Shown here: one piece after another, positions 1 to 12,249 of the stretch | Position numbering within the stretch: position 1 is the stretch's first letter | How the letters are laid out: each line of letters begins with the position of its first letter | NCBI GenBank assembly: GCA_964016885.1 | Contig: OZ024742.1 | Span: forward strand, 260,772,001 to 260,836,000 | DNA length: 64,000 nucleotides | DNA from: Eledone cirrhosa | Taxonomy: Eukaryota | Reading direction: 5' to 3' | The notes under the pieces: model-generated | What the model was told of the DNA's origin: nothing | What the model saw: the letters and a program-made list of their open reading frames with translations, nothing else | Databases searched by the model: none | Translations under genes and position numbers: made by a program

Positions 1-1099
1 TATATAATATGTCCAGTAGGGCATGATTTAAGGGAGATTTGGTTGTTATTTCTAACATGTGAAAGCGACCATGTATAGAGGCTTGTTTGTTAACTAATAT
101 TTATGTTTATCTATTGTAAGTGGACGAGAAGCTTCAGTGTAAGAAAATGAAACTCCTAGGTGATGTAACACTGTATTGGCGCCGAATATACTTCTTGAGA
201 TAACATACTAAAGAATCTAACATCAATGCATGTTTGCTAGAAAGCAGCACCGATCTATTTTCAGTAAGATGTTAGTTTTGTCAAGAGAAGCCAACAAACC
301 ATATTAAGGAAACTGCAGTGTAACGGACATCAGAGCAGCCAAGGGGGACAACAGCGTTGTCGCTTATTCCTTACTGTTTACGAAAAAGAGATTTATTTCA
401 CAACTGTTTATTATGTAACATGTTAACTTTACAACGTAAACGCAAATGTTTATGTATATCTGTCCTTGTGTAGCAAACTATATAATTTAATACATACCAT
501 GCTTTCAGAATCATTTTATAGGGTGATTGCGTTACTGATATGTATTTTCTTCTTCTTTGAACTAGGTTTTTATCACATGTAACGGCGAAATTAAAAAAAA
601 ACATGCATATAAATAAACAGAATTTATATTTTTAAAATTATATAAAATAGGAGGGATTGATAAAAGATACACACTGAATCACACGCCACAAGGGACGCTG
701 GAGTTTCCCTCTAATAATTTTTAAGGTAAGCCAACATATTTGCTGCATTGTCGTGTGTGATACTGAGGTTATGGCGTTGGAATAATGAAACACCCTCGTG
801 GGCAGCACCTGATAAATCGCTACAGCGTGTCGCCAACAATAACAAGAACTTTGTTGTCTGCGACCCAGCTCCTCCAAACAGCTCGAAAGGATAGTTTGCC
901 GAACATGCTTAAAACGGAATGTACTGGACTAGTGATTCACCTCTATAATAAGTATAATTCACGCTCTATAATAAGTATGGACCTGCAACTCCCGATGGAG
1001 TCGTAGAACGCCATAGTGATGTGTGGCGTTTCTTGGGCATTTTAAACCTGGCAGGGCCTTATCCTTCTCCAGATGATTTTTTCCAGAGATAGGAAGTGA

Positions 1100-1250
1100 G
1101 CAAGAATCGACTCAAGTACTGGACTGGTAATTTATTTACCGACCTCGAAAGGACGAAAAGCAAAGCTGACCTTGGAGAAATTTAAACTCGAAGTGCAGAG
1201 CGAGAGAACGAATAACGCAAATCATTCAATGTTCTAACGGTTCTACCAGT
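1100..1250 (-). mobile_element. Degenerate tRNA-derived SINE, Nin-domain-like core
   Basis: Plus strand CTGGTAATTTATTTACCGACCTCGAAAGGACGAAAAGCAAAGCTGACC is the reverse complement of a TTTCATCCTTTCGGGGTCGATAAA..TACCAG-type core. It is homologous to the copy at 6525-6665. Confidence 0.6.
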
Positions 1251-1279
1251 TTGATATACATATAAATATTCTCTCTCCT

Positions 1280-1325
<46 letters not shown>

Positions 1326-1327
<2 letters not shown>

Positions 1328-1381
1328 GGTTAAGTGGTGAGCCTTGTTACTCCAGAGTAATAAGGCTCACCACTTAGCCAT
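1326..1381. repeat. 56-nt near-perfect hairpin (26-bp stem)
   Basis: ATGGTTAAGTGGTGAGCCTTGTTACT-CCAG-AGTAATAAGGCTCACCACTTAGCCAT. The two non-Watson-Crick positions are G.U pairs on the + strand. Confidence 0.9.
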
Positions 1382-2676
1382 AATCAATGAATATTTAAAC
1401 TCAATTTCAGTATTGAGTACACATTTTCACATCTGTCAATAATACAACGAGGATATGTATATATTCGCAAACAATATCATAACTAAATGTGTCTTTATAC
1501 AGACGCTAGGTTGTATAGACACAGACCTGAAACAAACACAATTACAAGAGCCTTTCACTCATTGGTTTAACCACAGACAGTCAATATCTCTTCAATTCTG
1601 GGGCCGGATTCTTTAGGGTTGATAGGAAAGGCAAGCATTGCTCTTGGGTTAAAGGTAGATGTCTCATTTAGGACGTCACAGTTAGCAACTCTTTTACTCC
1701 TTCCAATATATGGATCCGTAGTCGAATGGAACATAATTCTCAAATACTAGCAATTATCGGCAAGTTATTTCGAACTGTTTGATTCGAGACGTTTTCTTTT
1801 TTTATATGTGTGTGGGGAGGTCACTGACAACGGTGTTCTTGGCAGCTTGCCATACTGACCATCAAGTACTGTTCTCGAAGTTGTTTGGTTATTCCACCAT
1901 CTCACCTTCGCTATCATTCGCAGCAATGCCGTGTGTTGGCTTGCCTAAAAAATTAGCACCATCTTGTGGCATAAAATTGCGTGTATTCTCCCGCTTCTCC
2001 ACCCCCCGAAAATTGTCAATTTCTTGATAATTTATGTCCTCTCATAATATACTCTCTTCAGAATGTAGCTTCTCTCCATGTAACACGATGCCATTTTCTA
2101 TTTTTGTGCTAATACACTTCCAATACTATTTGGTCTAGGCTGTGTGTTACTAATGGCATTGGAGAAGCGGCTGATTATTACTTGTACATAATGATGATTG
2201 TATTGAGGGTATAATCTGAATGGATATGTCGACTTGAAAATTAACAGAAGAATGATGGTAATTATTGCAGGCCCATGCCAGCCGACCAATCGGCCGTCTT
2301 CTCTGTTCAGCCTTGAACTATGCCATTGTCAAGGAGCAGATATGAATAGTCCATTCTTTAGCTACCAGCCTTTCAACCAGCTCTGTAAAGTAAAAATATT
2401 GAAACAGCTCTTGAACATGTCTCTCACTTTGAAAAAATAATATTCATCAACGTGGTGACAGAGTTACCTCCCCTACTTATTAAATTCGCCAAAAATTATT
2501 TTTATTTTTAATGCCTTAGCTGTATTTTCTATCAACAAATGTCGGATCGAATCGTACATATAGACCATTCATTGGTAATTAAGAAGATAATTATATTGTT
2601 GTTTATTTTTTCTTGGGGATTTTGTTTACAGAAAAAAAATTATGGTTCTTTTTCAGGTCTATCTCCTATAATTCAC

Positions 2677-3044
2677 AGTTGTATTTAAAAAATATAATAA
2701 TATAATGCTTACAGAACGAAAAGACAAACAAATATATATACAAAAGGAAAAAAAGAAAAACGCATAAGCAGGTAATGCACACATACATCAAAAAGCAGTC
2801 GAAAAGGGTGGACAAACGAGCCGCTACCAGAGCAAAAGATAAACACTATAGCGAGGAGCCCTGGGAAACCTCTATAATAATTTTTTTAAGCTCGCAGCAT
2901 TACCTCGGCTTTTTGCTGTATGTGGTCCTAGATATGTGAATTACCTCTTATGTGTGTTTTTTCCCTTTCCTTTTCTTTTGTATATGTTATATTTGTTTGT
3001 GTTTTCGTTCTGTAAGCATTATATTATATAATTTTTATACAACT
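2677..3044. mobile_element. Foldback/MITE-like element with ~110-bp imperfect inverted arms
   Basis: AGTTGTAT..ATAATGCTTACAGAACGAAAA..ACAAACAAATAT vs ATATTTGTTTGT..TTTTCGTTCTGTAAGCATTAT..ATACAACT. An 18-bp direct repeat TATCTCCTATAATTCACA lies at 2660-2677 and 3067-3084. Confidence 0.7.
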
Positions 3045-3788
3045 ATAAATATAAATCTTATATAAGTATCTCCTATAATTCACATTTGAAATGAGAATAT
3101 CCCTTATATTTCACATTCGAAGTTATTTTTAATGTAAGCATTAATATATCCACCAAAAACCTTTATGTACATTTGCGACGTTTTACAAAAGAAAGATCGC
3201 TATTCCGTTTTTTTTTTTTTTACATTAATTTCGTCCACGTTACGAATTATTACTTCTAAACGAGCCCCTGTACATCTTTTGATATAATTGTCAAAATAGT
3301 TCACAGCCTTTCCCTCTTCGGTGTCGACAAAATAGCAGTTGTGTGTCTGGATTGTTATTACCGACTACAGCTCTCCTCTTAATAGCTGTAGGCATGTGTA
3401 AGGAACCACCATCGTACAAATATTGAAGAATTCCGACTAAAGTCCAAAAATTCGGAAATGTTATTTTCTTCGTAAAGCTTATCAAGAATTGCGACCAACA
3501 GATAGTATCATCTAAGGAAACATTGTTTCATTCGTCTGATCTAATGATCAGCTTTTTTTCTTTTATCATTCAACCATTGTGAATCATGACGACATAAAAT
3601 AGAAGCCTGCCAATATTTCTTACTCTCTGTGTTCGTTGTTCGTGTCTCTAATCACAGTTTCAAAAAATCACTCTAACGATGGAAGATACTCAATCCCCTC
3701 ATTGCTCATGTATTATCGTATCAAGACACTCCAGGACATAGACAGAGCCTCAGTATGACAATTATTACATTACTTTGTAATTCTGTAA

Positions 3789-3895
3789 AGGCACATGGCT
3801 TAGTGTTCGACTCACGATAATGTTATGGGTTCGATTCCTGGACTGGGATGTGTGTGTGTTCGTTCTTGAACAAACATTTTATTTTACGTTGTTCC
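3789..3895 (+). mobile_element. tRNA-derived SINE 5' fragment (family of the 49816 SINE)
   Basis: GGCACATGGCTTAGTG A box, GGTTCGATTCC B box and TTGAACAAACATTTTATTTTACGTTG core, similar to 49816-49935. Confidence 0.65.
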
Positions 3896-4606
3896 TTCTG
3901 TTAGGATTTGCAACCAGCAGATAGTATTAACATTGCTTAATTGGTCTGACGAACGGCTCCTTTTCACTATTTTTTGTAATTTTGTGACATTTGGGAAAAC
4001 GAAAAGCTGAAAATTCTCGTTACGTTTTCGTAACTCCCCTCTCCCCAGTGATGGATTTCAAGTGCGGCAGGCTAGGCTGTAGTCAGGAACCAAAATTATT
4101 TTTTTGCTACCACAAGTAGTACGCTAGGACACCTGCAAGCGTAATCTGCCTCTGCCCTTCCTCTTCTGCATATGTTTCCTTTATATTTCTTAGTTTGTAC
4201 AGAATAAACAAAACAATCATTTGATTTCCCTGAGTTTTCGGAAAATAAAGGATCTTATTAATCTGGTTGCACTGAAGCCTAAGCAGTTGCGGTATGCAGT
4301 TGAAAGTTGATTATAACAGAGCAATGTTAGATTACCAAACCTATTTAGTGTACAAAAACAACATTCAGAATTAGAAATTCCCTAGTTTGAGTCCCACGAG
4401 AGTCTCTGCTCTCACCCACTTTTTTCAAGCCCATGCCTCCATGACCTTCCCACACCTCCTTAATATGACTTAAATAAATTATTTTCTTGAATACCAAACC
4501 CTACAATCACTTTAAAAGTTCCTTGTGTTCTGTTAGTTTGTGTCTTCTCTAATTTGTGCTGTAACAACTGTTTTCACAAACTTAATGATTCTTCAGAATT
4601 ATTCTC

Positions 4607-5420
4607 CATTTATTTATTTATTTATTTTATTTAAACGTCCTTATAGAGCTAGTAAGCCATGACAGACCAGGGGCAGTATCTAGTACTTCTCACAGTTGAG
4701 AAACAAGATGTACAGAGATAAGTGAATAAAAAAATAAAATTATTAAAAAATAAAACATTTTAATAGGGAATGCCAAAAGGAGGCAAAATAAGCATTAAAA
4801 AAAGATAAAGAAAAAATGGGAAGCTGTAAAGCAGCTAGGAGTTTCTGTTGTTGAATCTTTTTGTAACCTCTATATACTTAAAGAATTTATTTATAGTTGG
4901 TAGAGCTTTTACAGTATATTGTACCTCCAATTTTGTTACTTGTTGATGTCCTCTCTCTCAGACAGAGAGATTGGAACAAATAGTGCCAAAGAGTTTCTGG
5001 AAAGCCACCACAAGAACATAGAGGTGATTCACTACAATCAGTTCATGATAAAATGTAAATCAATGGTATATGTCCAGTCTGAAGCCAGCAATCTTTTTTT
5101 ATTAACATTGCTCAGTGTCTGATGTTTTAAATATTGACGGATCTGATTGAAAAAGTGGAGGATTGAAATTTTAAAGTTTATCTCTAGATTCTTCTCAAAA
5201 TTTTTCCCACCCTTGACTAATAATTTTGCTAATGATTTCACTTGCAATAGATTTTGGATATTGTCTATATCTATTACTTCCCTTTGTACTCCTGCCTTTG
5301 CTAATTCATCAGCTTTCCTATTTCCTTTAATATCTATATGACTTGATATCCAAATCAATGTTATTTGTTCATTATTTTCTGAAAGATAATTATCTATTCT
5401 TAGCAGAGCACTCTCAATAT
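4607..5420 (-). mobile_element. 3' fragment of an RNase H-containing LINE (I/Ingi-group-like), degenerate
   Basis: Minus ORF 5038-5358 has WISSHIDIKGNRKADELAK, the RNase H C-terminal motif of non-LTR elements. A (TAAA)n tail lies at ~4607-4632. Confidence 0.6.
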
Positions 5421-5649
5421 CTCCACACCCAGTCTTTTTTTTTCTATAACTCCCAACCTAGTTCTCATTATCCATTTCTACAGCAAGTTCATACTATTTT
5501 ATCTTCATCCTAGAGTTCTTTCTTCGTCGACCCTTGCATGTCCAGCAAAGGCTACTCATCTAGGATAATGGTAAAATATTTTAAAAAAAAACAAACTTGT
5601 TACAGGGTAAAAAGGAATCTTTGATCTTGCTAAAGATATCTTCTCTATT

Positions 5650-5845
5650 GCTGGTGGCACAATAAGATACACCTAATCAATGCTGTAAAAGTTTCCAGAC
5701 ATAAAAGCCATGCCAAAAGACCTGTCATAGATGGTCAGTTTTCTCTCTTGCCATGTGTGCCAGATAAGGAAAGACTATGATGAGTGACAAGACCCATCCA
5801 ACCCATGCCCGCATGAAAATACAAATGTAAAATAATGATGAGGAT
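5650..5845 (+). mobile_element. Degenerate SINE/RTE 3'-end fragment
   Basis: ACCCATCCAACCCATGCCCGCATGAAAATACAAATGTAAAATAATGATGAGGAT resembles the RTE 3' terminus plus (GAT)n seen elsewhere in the window. Confidence 0.5.
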
Positions 5846-6059
5846 AATTTTTGTATTCTCTTCAAGACTATACTGTCTTGATAACCTTTTCTTGCTATTT
5901 ATTTGCTCCTAATATCTTATATTGTCTCTTTATTTCAGAGTGTCTACTGATGTTCAGATAAGACTTTCTCTCCAGAAATATGACAAATAATTTGTAAAGA
6001 ATTTCAGAAGAATAATGGATGACATAAAGTTGAGATGTGGCTATATATAGAGAGAGGTG

Positions 6060-6100
<41 letters not shown>

Positions 6101-6524
6101 AGAGAGAAAGATGTATATGATCTTGATCAAATTACTGTGAAGCTATGGTTACAAGGCATTTCTACATGAGACATTTAAGAGAAAGTTTCCTTGGTTTATG
6201 TGTAATGTCTTTGATGTATATTTTTGAAGCTGGTTTGCTCAGATGAAATTTATTGATTGTTAATCATGAAATCCAACCTTTGAATTCTCTCAAAGTAACT
6301 GGCTCTAAGAAACTACCTTGAAAATATTATTTTATATATCTGAGTTTTCTTTGGATTGAAAGGAAAGGAAATGATCATCATATCAAACCATTGTATTTCC
6401 ATTGTTGATAGTATCTGTCAGTTCCAATTCCTGACAGAAGGCAAAAGGTGTTTGAACTTAGAATGCATAGAACTGGATCAGATACCACAAGGCATCCTGT
6501 TCAACCCTTAAACAGACATGCCAA

Positions 6525-6665
6525 TTAATCGACCTCTGAACTGGTACTTTCTTTATCAACCTAAAAAGGATGAGAGGCAAAGTTGACCTTGGCAGGATTT
6601 GAAATCAGAGAGTAGTGAACCGGAAGAAATACCGAGGCATTAAATCTGAAGCTCTAACGACTCTT
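6525..6665 (-). mobile_element. Degenerate tRNA-derived SINE, Nin-domain-like core
   Basis: CTGGTACTTTCTTTATCAACCTAAAAAGGATGAGAGGCAAAGTTGACCTTGGCAGGATTTGAA; the reversed B box and core are homologous to 1100-1250. Confidence 0.6.
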
Positions 6666-6838
6666 TGACTGAGATATGTACAAACTTTGTTAAAAGTTGT
6701 TATTTCCATTAAGAAAAATTAGTTCCAGTATTTATTGAAAAGTTTCATGTAATTTGGTTTTTTTACTTTAGACATTGAAAATAAGAACTGCTCTTGCATT
6801 TTAAGCACAAGGCAAAACATTGGAAGAGTATTGGGTTA

Positions 6839-8002
6839 ATGGAAAAACACTTTGAAATCAGTGAGTTATCTCACCTGATACAGGTAGATATGGAGAAATC
6901 ATACTCCTTTGACACCAGTGGAAAGACTTTCATTGAAAGTAATGAAGTCAGGAAACATAAATTATATCACATAAATTCAAAACTCTACCTCTGTGATGTT
7001 TGTGGGAAAAGATTCACTACAAACAATTGTTTATCCTTGCATAAACGTATTCACACAGGTGAGAAACCATACCATTGTAATATCTGTGGTAAGATGTTCT
7101 CTTACAGCAGTATTCTAACTTGCCACAAACAAATTCATACAGGTGATAAACCATACCATTGCAGTATGTGTGGTAAAACATTTGCTCGGAATGATCATTT
7201 AACCATTCACAAACAGGTTCATGCAGCTGGAAAACCATACCACTGTGATATTTGTGGTGAAACATTTTCTCACAATGGACATTTAGCCACTCACAAGCAT
7301 ATTCATACAAATGAAAAGCCATACCACTGTGATATCTGTAGTAAAACATTCCCTTACAAAGGTAAATTAATTAGTCACAAACGTACCCACAGTGGTGAGA
7401 AACCATATCATTGTGATATCTGTGGTAAAATATTCTCACACAATGGTGACTTGACTGTTCACAAACGCGTTCACAGTGGTGAGAAGCCATACCATTGTGA
7501 TATCTGTAATGAAACATTCTATCGGAGTAGCAAGTTGACTGTTCACAAACAGGTTCACACAGGAGAGAAACCATACCACTGTGGTATCTGTGGCAAAACA
7601 TTTTTTGACAACCGAGATTTAACTCGTCATATCCGTATTCACACAGGTGAAAAACCATACCACTGTGATATTTGTGATAAGACATTCTCTCAGAATGGTA
7701 GCTTAACTATTCATCAGCGTGTTCACACAGGTGAGAAACCATACAACTGTGATGTCTGTGATAAAACTTTCTCCCACAATGGTAGTTTAACTGTTCACAA
7801 ACGAATACACACAGGAGAGAAGCCATATAGCTGCTATATTTGTGGTAAAACATTCTCTGATAATCGAGATTTAAGTCGTCATATACGGATTCACACTGGT
7901 GAGAAACCATACAACTGTGATATCTGTGGCAAAACATTCTCTCAGAATAGCAATTTAACTATTCACAAACGTGCTTGTTCAAAAGACAAATCATATCACT
8001 AA
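6839..8002 (+). CDS. Tandem C2H2 zinc-finger protein (11 canonical fingers, 1 C2HC terminal finger, 1 degenerate N-terminal finger)
   Basis: Uninterrupted ORF with repeated Y-x-C-x2-C-x12-H-x3-H and TGEKP linkers. The first in-frame ATG is at 6839. A splice acceptor TTTTTTACTTTAG ends at 6771, so upstream exons probably exist. Confidence 0.92.
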   Translation: MEKHFEISELSHLIQVDMEKSYSFDTSGKTFIESNEVRKHKLYHINSKLYLCDVCGKRFTTNNCLSLHKRIHTGEKPYHCNICGKMFSYSSILTCHKQIHTGDKPYHCSMCGKTFARNDHLTIHKQVHAAGKPYHCDICGETFSHNGHLATHKHIHTNEKPYHCDICSKTFPYKGKLISHKRTHSGEKPYHCDICGKIFSHNGDLTVHKRVHSGEKPYHCDICNETFYRSSKLTVHKQVHTGEKPYHCGICGKTFFDNRDLTRHIRIHTGEKPYHCDICDKTFSQNGSLTIHQRVHTGEKPYNCDVCDKTFSHNGSLTVHKRIHTGEKPYSCYICGKTFSDNRDLSRHIRIHTGEKPYNCDICGKTFSQNSNLTIHKRACSKDKSYH

Positions 8003-8024
8003 GATATGTGTAGTAAAACATCCT

Positions 8025-8180
8025 TGTTTTACAGATAGATGTACACAAGTGTGATATTTTCTTTACTGATAAATATACACAAGTGTGATATTTTTTTATA
8101 TACATACACGTGATACTTGTTTTACAGATAGTTATACAAAAGTGTGATACTTCCTTTATAGATATAAACAAGTGTCATAC
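8025..8180. repeat. Short degenerate tandem repeat (~30-35 bp, ACAAGTGTGATA..TTTACAGATA)
   Basis: The motif AAGTGTGATA or a variant recurs about 5 times just after the zinc-finger stop codon. Confidence 0.55.
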
Positions 8181-8289
8181 TCCATCAATCTGAAATCTCT
8201 TTACAAACATTATTACAAAATAATAGTTAATCAAAGTACAATGGAATTATTGTTGGAGAAAGTCCACTTATAGGGCTGTGATTAGCTAC

Positions 8290-8832
8290 CTCTGATGTTT
8301 AAAATCTGATTAATTTTCAAATGCTATATTGAATGTGATCTCAGAAGAAGAGAGGTGGGTGTAAAAGCCAAATTTGCTACCGCCAATTCAGTATTCATGC
8401 CAACCCTTACCTATGGTCATGAATCTTGACCGAAAGAATACAATCGCAAATACTAGTGCCCGAAATGGGGTTCCTCCGAAGGGTCTTTGGAGTAATGTTA
8501 CTTGATAGAGTGCATAGCTTGAAGATCAGAGAATCACTCCAGATAAAACCATTACTTCTCCGAATTGAGAGATCACAGCTCCGATATTATAGGCATGTGG
8601 TTAGAATGTCTCAGGAAAAAATTGTTCGACAAATTTTCAGGCAAAACCAACTGGCAGAGACCTAGGGGTAGATCTCGAGCAAGATGGTCGGATAGCATCC
8701 ATGAGCTTGGCTGGACTCAGGAATTCAGCCAGATAAGTTGGAGACGGTTGCTTCTGACAGGACCCACTGAAAGGAATGTTTGAGGACTCTTCCCCCACAA
8801 CCCTCTCAGGAATAAGTGGGTGAAGAAGAAGA
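8290..8832 (+). mobile_element. RTE-clade LINE 3' fragment (Expander/Rex3-like), degenerate
   Basis: EMGFLRRVFGVMLLDRV..IRESLQIKPLLLRIERSQLRY..HVVRM..RPRGRSRARW, followed by a (GAA)n tail. Confidence 0.7.
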
Positions 8833-8974
8833 TATTGTATGAGTACTAAATGAAATGTTAAAAGTTAGTCTTTTTTTAGCTTTGAGTTTCATCAACCTGG
8901 AGCTTATCCTAGTTTGATGTGGCATTAAGTGACTGAGAGTACAAGATAAAGCATGAGTATCACAAGCTTTTGCT

Positions 8975-9120
8975 GTTACTCATTTTCAGCTCAGTGGATT
9001 GGAACAAGGTGAAATGAATTACTTTGCTTAAGGACACAATGTGCTGTGCTGTCCTGGGATTGAACTCGTGACTTTACATTTGTGAGACCAACACCCTAAC
9101 AACTATGCCATATGCTTTCA
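8975..9120 (-). mobile_element. tRNA-derived SINE 5' fragment
   Basis: The reverse complement aligns by eye to 49816-49958 (A box, B box, TCCTTAAGCAAAG core, AATGAG). Confidence 0.65.
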
Positions 9121-10499
9121 TGTCTATTATTATTGATAATTAATATAATTTAATTGATGATATTGCATTTTATTGTGATTTATTCTGTTGTTGATGTTTT
9201 TTTGTTTTATTCCTGCAACTTGGATGAAACCCACCATTTGCCTGTTTCTGACTATACAATGCCTTGACACAACAACAGTCTTCTGATGAAAGGATATGGT
9301 ATAATGAACTTGCTTCAATGTATTACTGGTACTTCTTTTTGCTACTGATCTTACATTAGTGGAAGATATAGTCAGCCTGCTATAAATTCAACTCACAACA
9401 TAGGGTAGATTCCATAGGGTATGTAACATTTCTTAATATTTTTAAATGGTTCATATAAACTCATCCAAAGGTTAATAATTAAGTCGAAACTCCTTGTTTA
9501 GAGTTGTAGAGGTTAAGATATCACGTTCTTACTGAAAAATGTTCTCATTGTTTGTTAGTGGATGAGGAATATTATTCATCTCTGTTTCGAGTGTCTGTGT
9601 CACAATAAAATGTCCCAGTGTTACTAAATGCATCTGGTCTACCCTGTAAATGGTTATCTCACCTTTCATAGTCTGAGAAGGTGGCAACCCATCCAAAACA
9701 TACCAGCATGTAAAACGGATGGAAAATGATGATAAGGATGAATATCCAGCTTTAAAGAAAAGAGTAGTCATAACACTCATTATCCTTCCAACATTGATGA
9801 GATCAATCAGTATATAATCATGTTCATAATAAATATCTGTAGGAAAAAATTGTGGAGGGAAGGATTCCAATGGATTATAGCAGGGAAGTGGTAGAGTAAC
9901 ACAATAAGGATGAAAAAAACCCAAAAAACAGAGTGATATGTGTGATGGATGGAGAGGTGGCATGAAATAGTTAAGAAAATATATGCCATTTTTGTAACAA
10001 ATGAAAAGAGAGTGAGAGGAGATAATGTATAACACTGGGCTAGAAGTTGGAGTGTGTTGGTGATGTGCAGTGTGGTGTAGTATGATGTGATGTAGAGGCA
10101 TGATGTAGTGATGTGGGATGTGTGGTACAGTGCCAGTACCATAGGTAGAGAGAGGAAGATACAGTGTGGTTGTGGACCAGAGGTTGGGGGTGTGTTGATG
10201 TGGTAAAGTGAGGCATGGTCAGAAGTAGTGGAATGTGGTAGTGAAGTAATGAAGTGTGGTGTATATATGATGACTGAGCTCTGGACTATTAACAACCTAT
10301 GTCCTTCAGTCTACCAACTTGCCAGTTTTGTTTACCAGTAAAATTCCATCTGCATCTGCTGAGATCATGCCTGCCTAAGTTACTTTTATGTAACAATTCG
10401 CAGATGCCTCTGAAATGTTTATTATATAATATTTGGTTATTTAATAAATAGAAGTATGAAAAATTAGAACCTGCTTTCATATTTATTAATATATAGTTA

Positions 10500-11195
10500 T
10501 ATCATCATCATCGTTTTCATGTCCACTTTTCCATGCTTGTATAGGTTGGATGGGTCCTTCCCAGCTTGGCATCTCTCCACATGTTATGATCCTTTGTCAT
10601 CTCCTCTGTGAGTCTCAGTGATTTGAGGTCAGCTCTCACAATCTCTTCCCAGGACTTTCTTTGTTTACCTCTACTGCGGCTTCCTTCCACTGGCATTTCC
10701 TGGCACTTCTTCATCCATCGGTCATTGTCCATCACATGTCCAAACCAACACAGTCTTCTCTCCTGCACACCATCTCAGATTCTCCTTAAACCCAGCTTCT
10801 CCCTCAGCTCATCCAAGTTCTGCCTTTCTCTCACACTTATGCTGCACATCCAATGGAGCATAGTTGCTTCATTTCTCTTCAATCTACACGTCCTCTGCAG
10901 TCACAGCCCATGTTTCACTACCATGCAGTGTTGGACTTCGCACATAGGTGTCATACAGTCCTTTTGTATGTTGGGAGAAACATTTTGTGGTCAACAGTGG
11001 GAGCAGTTCTCTGAACTTTTTCCATTCTATCCTTATTCTAGCTATTATACTCTTAGATCACCCTCCTCTATTTCTAATTACATCGCCTAGATAGCAGAAC
11101 CTATCAACCACTTCTATGGGTCCTTCCTGTGACTAGAATAGGTTTATATCACTGGTTATCTTCCCCTCAGTTACCCCTGTGCATCTACTACAAAG
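10500..11195 (-). mobile_element. RTE LINE 3' fragment, degenerate
   Basis: QERRLCWFGHVM..WEEIVRADL on the minus strand, with an (ATC)n tail at 10500-10512. Confidence 0.8.
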
Positions 11196-11440
11196 TCTTT
11201 CCTATATATATATATATATATATATATTGTTTTCCCTTTTCATTTTCGTTTTTTTTTTTGTGTGTCTTTATTTGTTTTTATCCGGTCTCTATTTTGTACC
11301 CCTGAAGAAGGGCTTAAGCCTGATACTGAACATTCTTTCCTCTTTCCAATATAAAGCATGAAACTAATAAGACTTTTGTACCTCAGTTTGTTGTCTCCTT
11401 CAACTATCTATCTCTCTCTCTATATATATATATATATATA

Positions 11441-12102
11441 CAAGTGGAAACTTAGAAAAATCGAAGCTTTGGCTGTGGCCAAGCAAAGCCGACCTACAAT
11501 AAGGAATGAGTAGCAAAGCACTCAATAAGGGTAGGTCCTTAGAGTAATCACATTACGTTTAAAAGCTTGACAAATTGAAAATTGCGGTAAGCAAAACCCA
11601 ACCAAAAACAACGAAAGAACTAATCAGGTAAAACAACAGACCTGGACATGTCGAACGATATTCTGCAATGCATCCGATATGTTTCTATGAATCCAAAATC
11701 ATCCATCCAACTTACGTAACACGTAGGCTTCATCAACAAGGATTCCGTTCTTTTGCCTCAAACTGGTGTGAACATTAACTAAATGCGACTGCCACAATAG
11801 AACAGCTTTCAATCATTTCGTTGTCACGTGTTATTTCCAACAAGGGAAGCAGCCCCCGGTTTTTGGCAGGTAAATTCAAAACGTTAACAAAGGAAAAAAT
11901 ATTTCCGCTCAGCATTCCGAATAAAAGCTCTCAACCAGACGTTATTAAACAAACACAAATAATTTTTTTTGCTCAAAACACTCACAGGACCATAGGTATT
12001 ACATGTGTAAAGTTTGAAAACAATCGGTTGGGTGGTTCTCGAGTTTTAGGGAGTCAGACAGACAGATAGACAGACAGACATTCTCTGTTTTAGATATATA
12101 GA
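11441..12102 (-). mobile_element. Non-autonomous Helitron-like element
   Basis: Minus strand begins A|TCTATATATCTAAAAC..TGTCTGTCTG and ends with a subterminal hairpin-like GGCTTTGCTTGGCCACAGCC then CTTG|T. No TSD. The 5' end resembles those at 26094 and 56850. Confidence 0.6.
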
Positions 12103-12204
12103 TGTATTTTCCTATCCTTTCGTAGACTTTGTTTTTCATTCGTGGTTCTCTATCCCTTGTAATTGAAAACATACATTTTTTTGTGTTTTCTTCTCTATAT
12201 ACTG

Positions 12205-12249
<45 letters not shown>

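Noticed and set aside
4048-4153. Possible short CAG..CTG MITE
   Set aside because: Terminal inverted repeat too weak and no clear TSD.
7017-8171. Minus-strand ORFs over the zinc-finger gene
   Set aside because: Antisense shadows of the periodic finger array.
9529-10295. 190-aa and 162-aa minus ORFs
   Set aside because: Low-complexity GT-rich decayed sequence with no domain signal.
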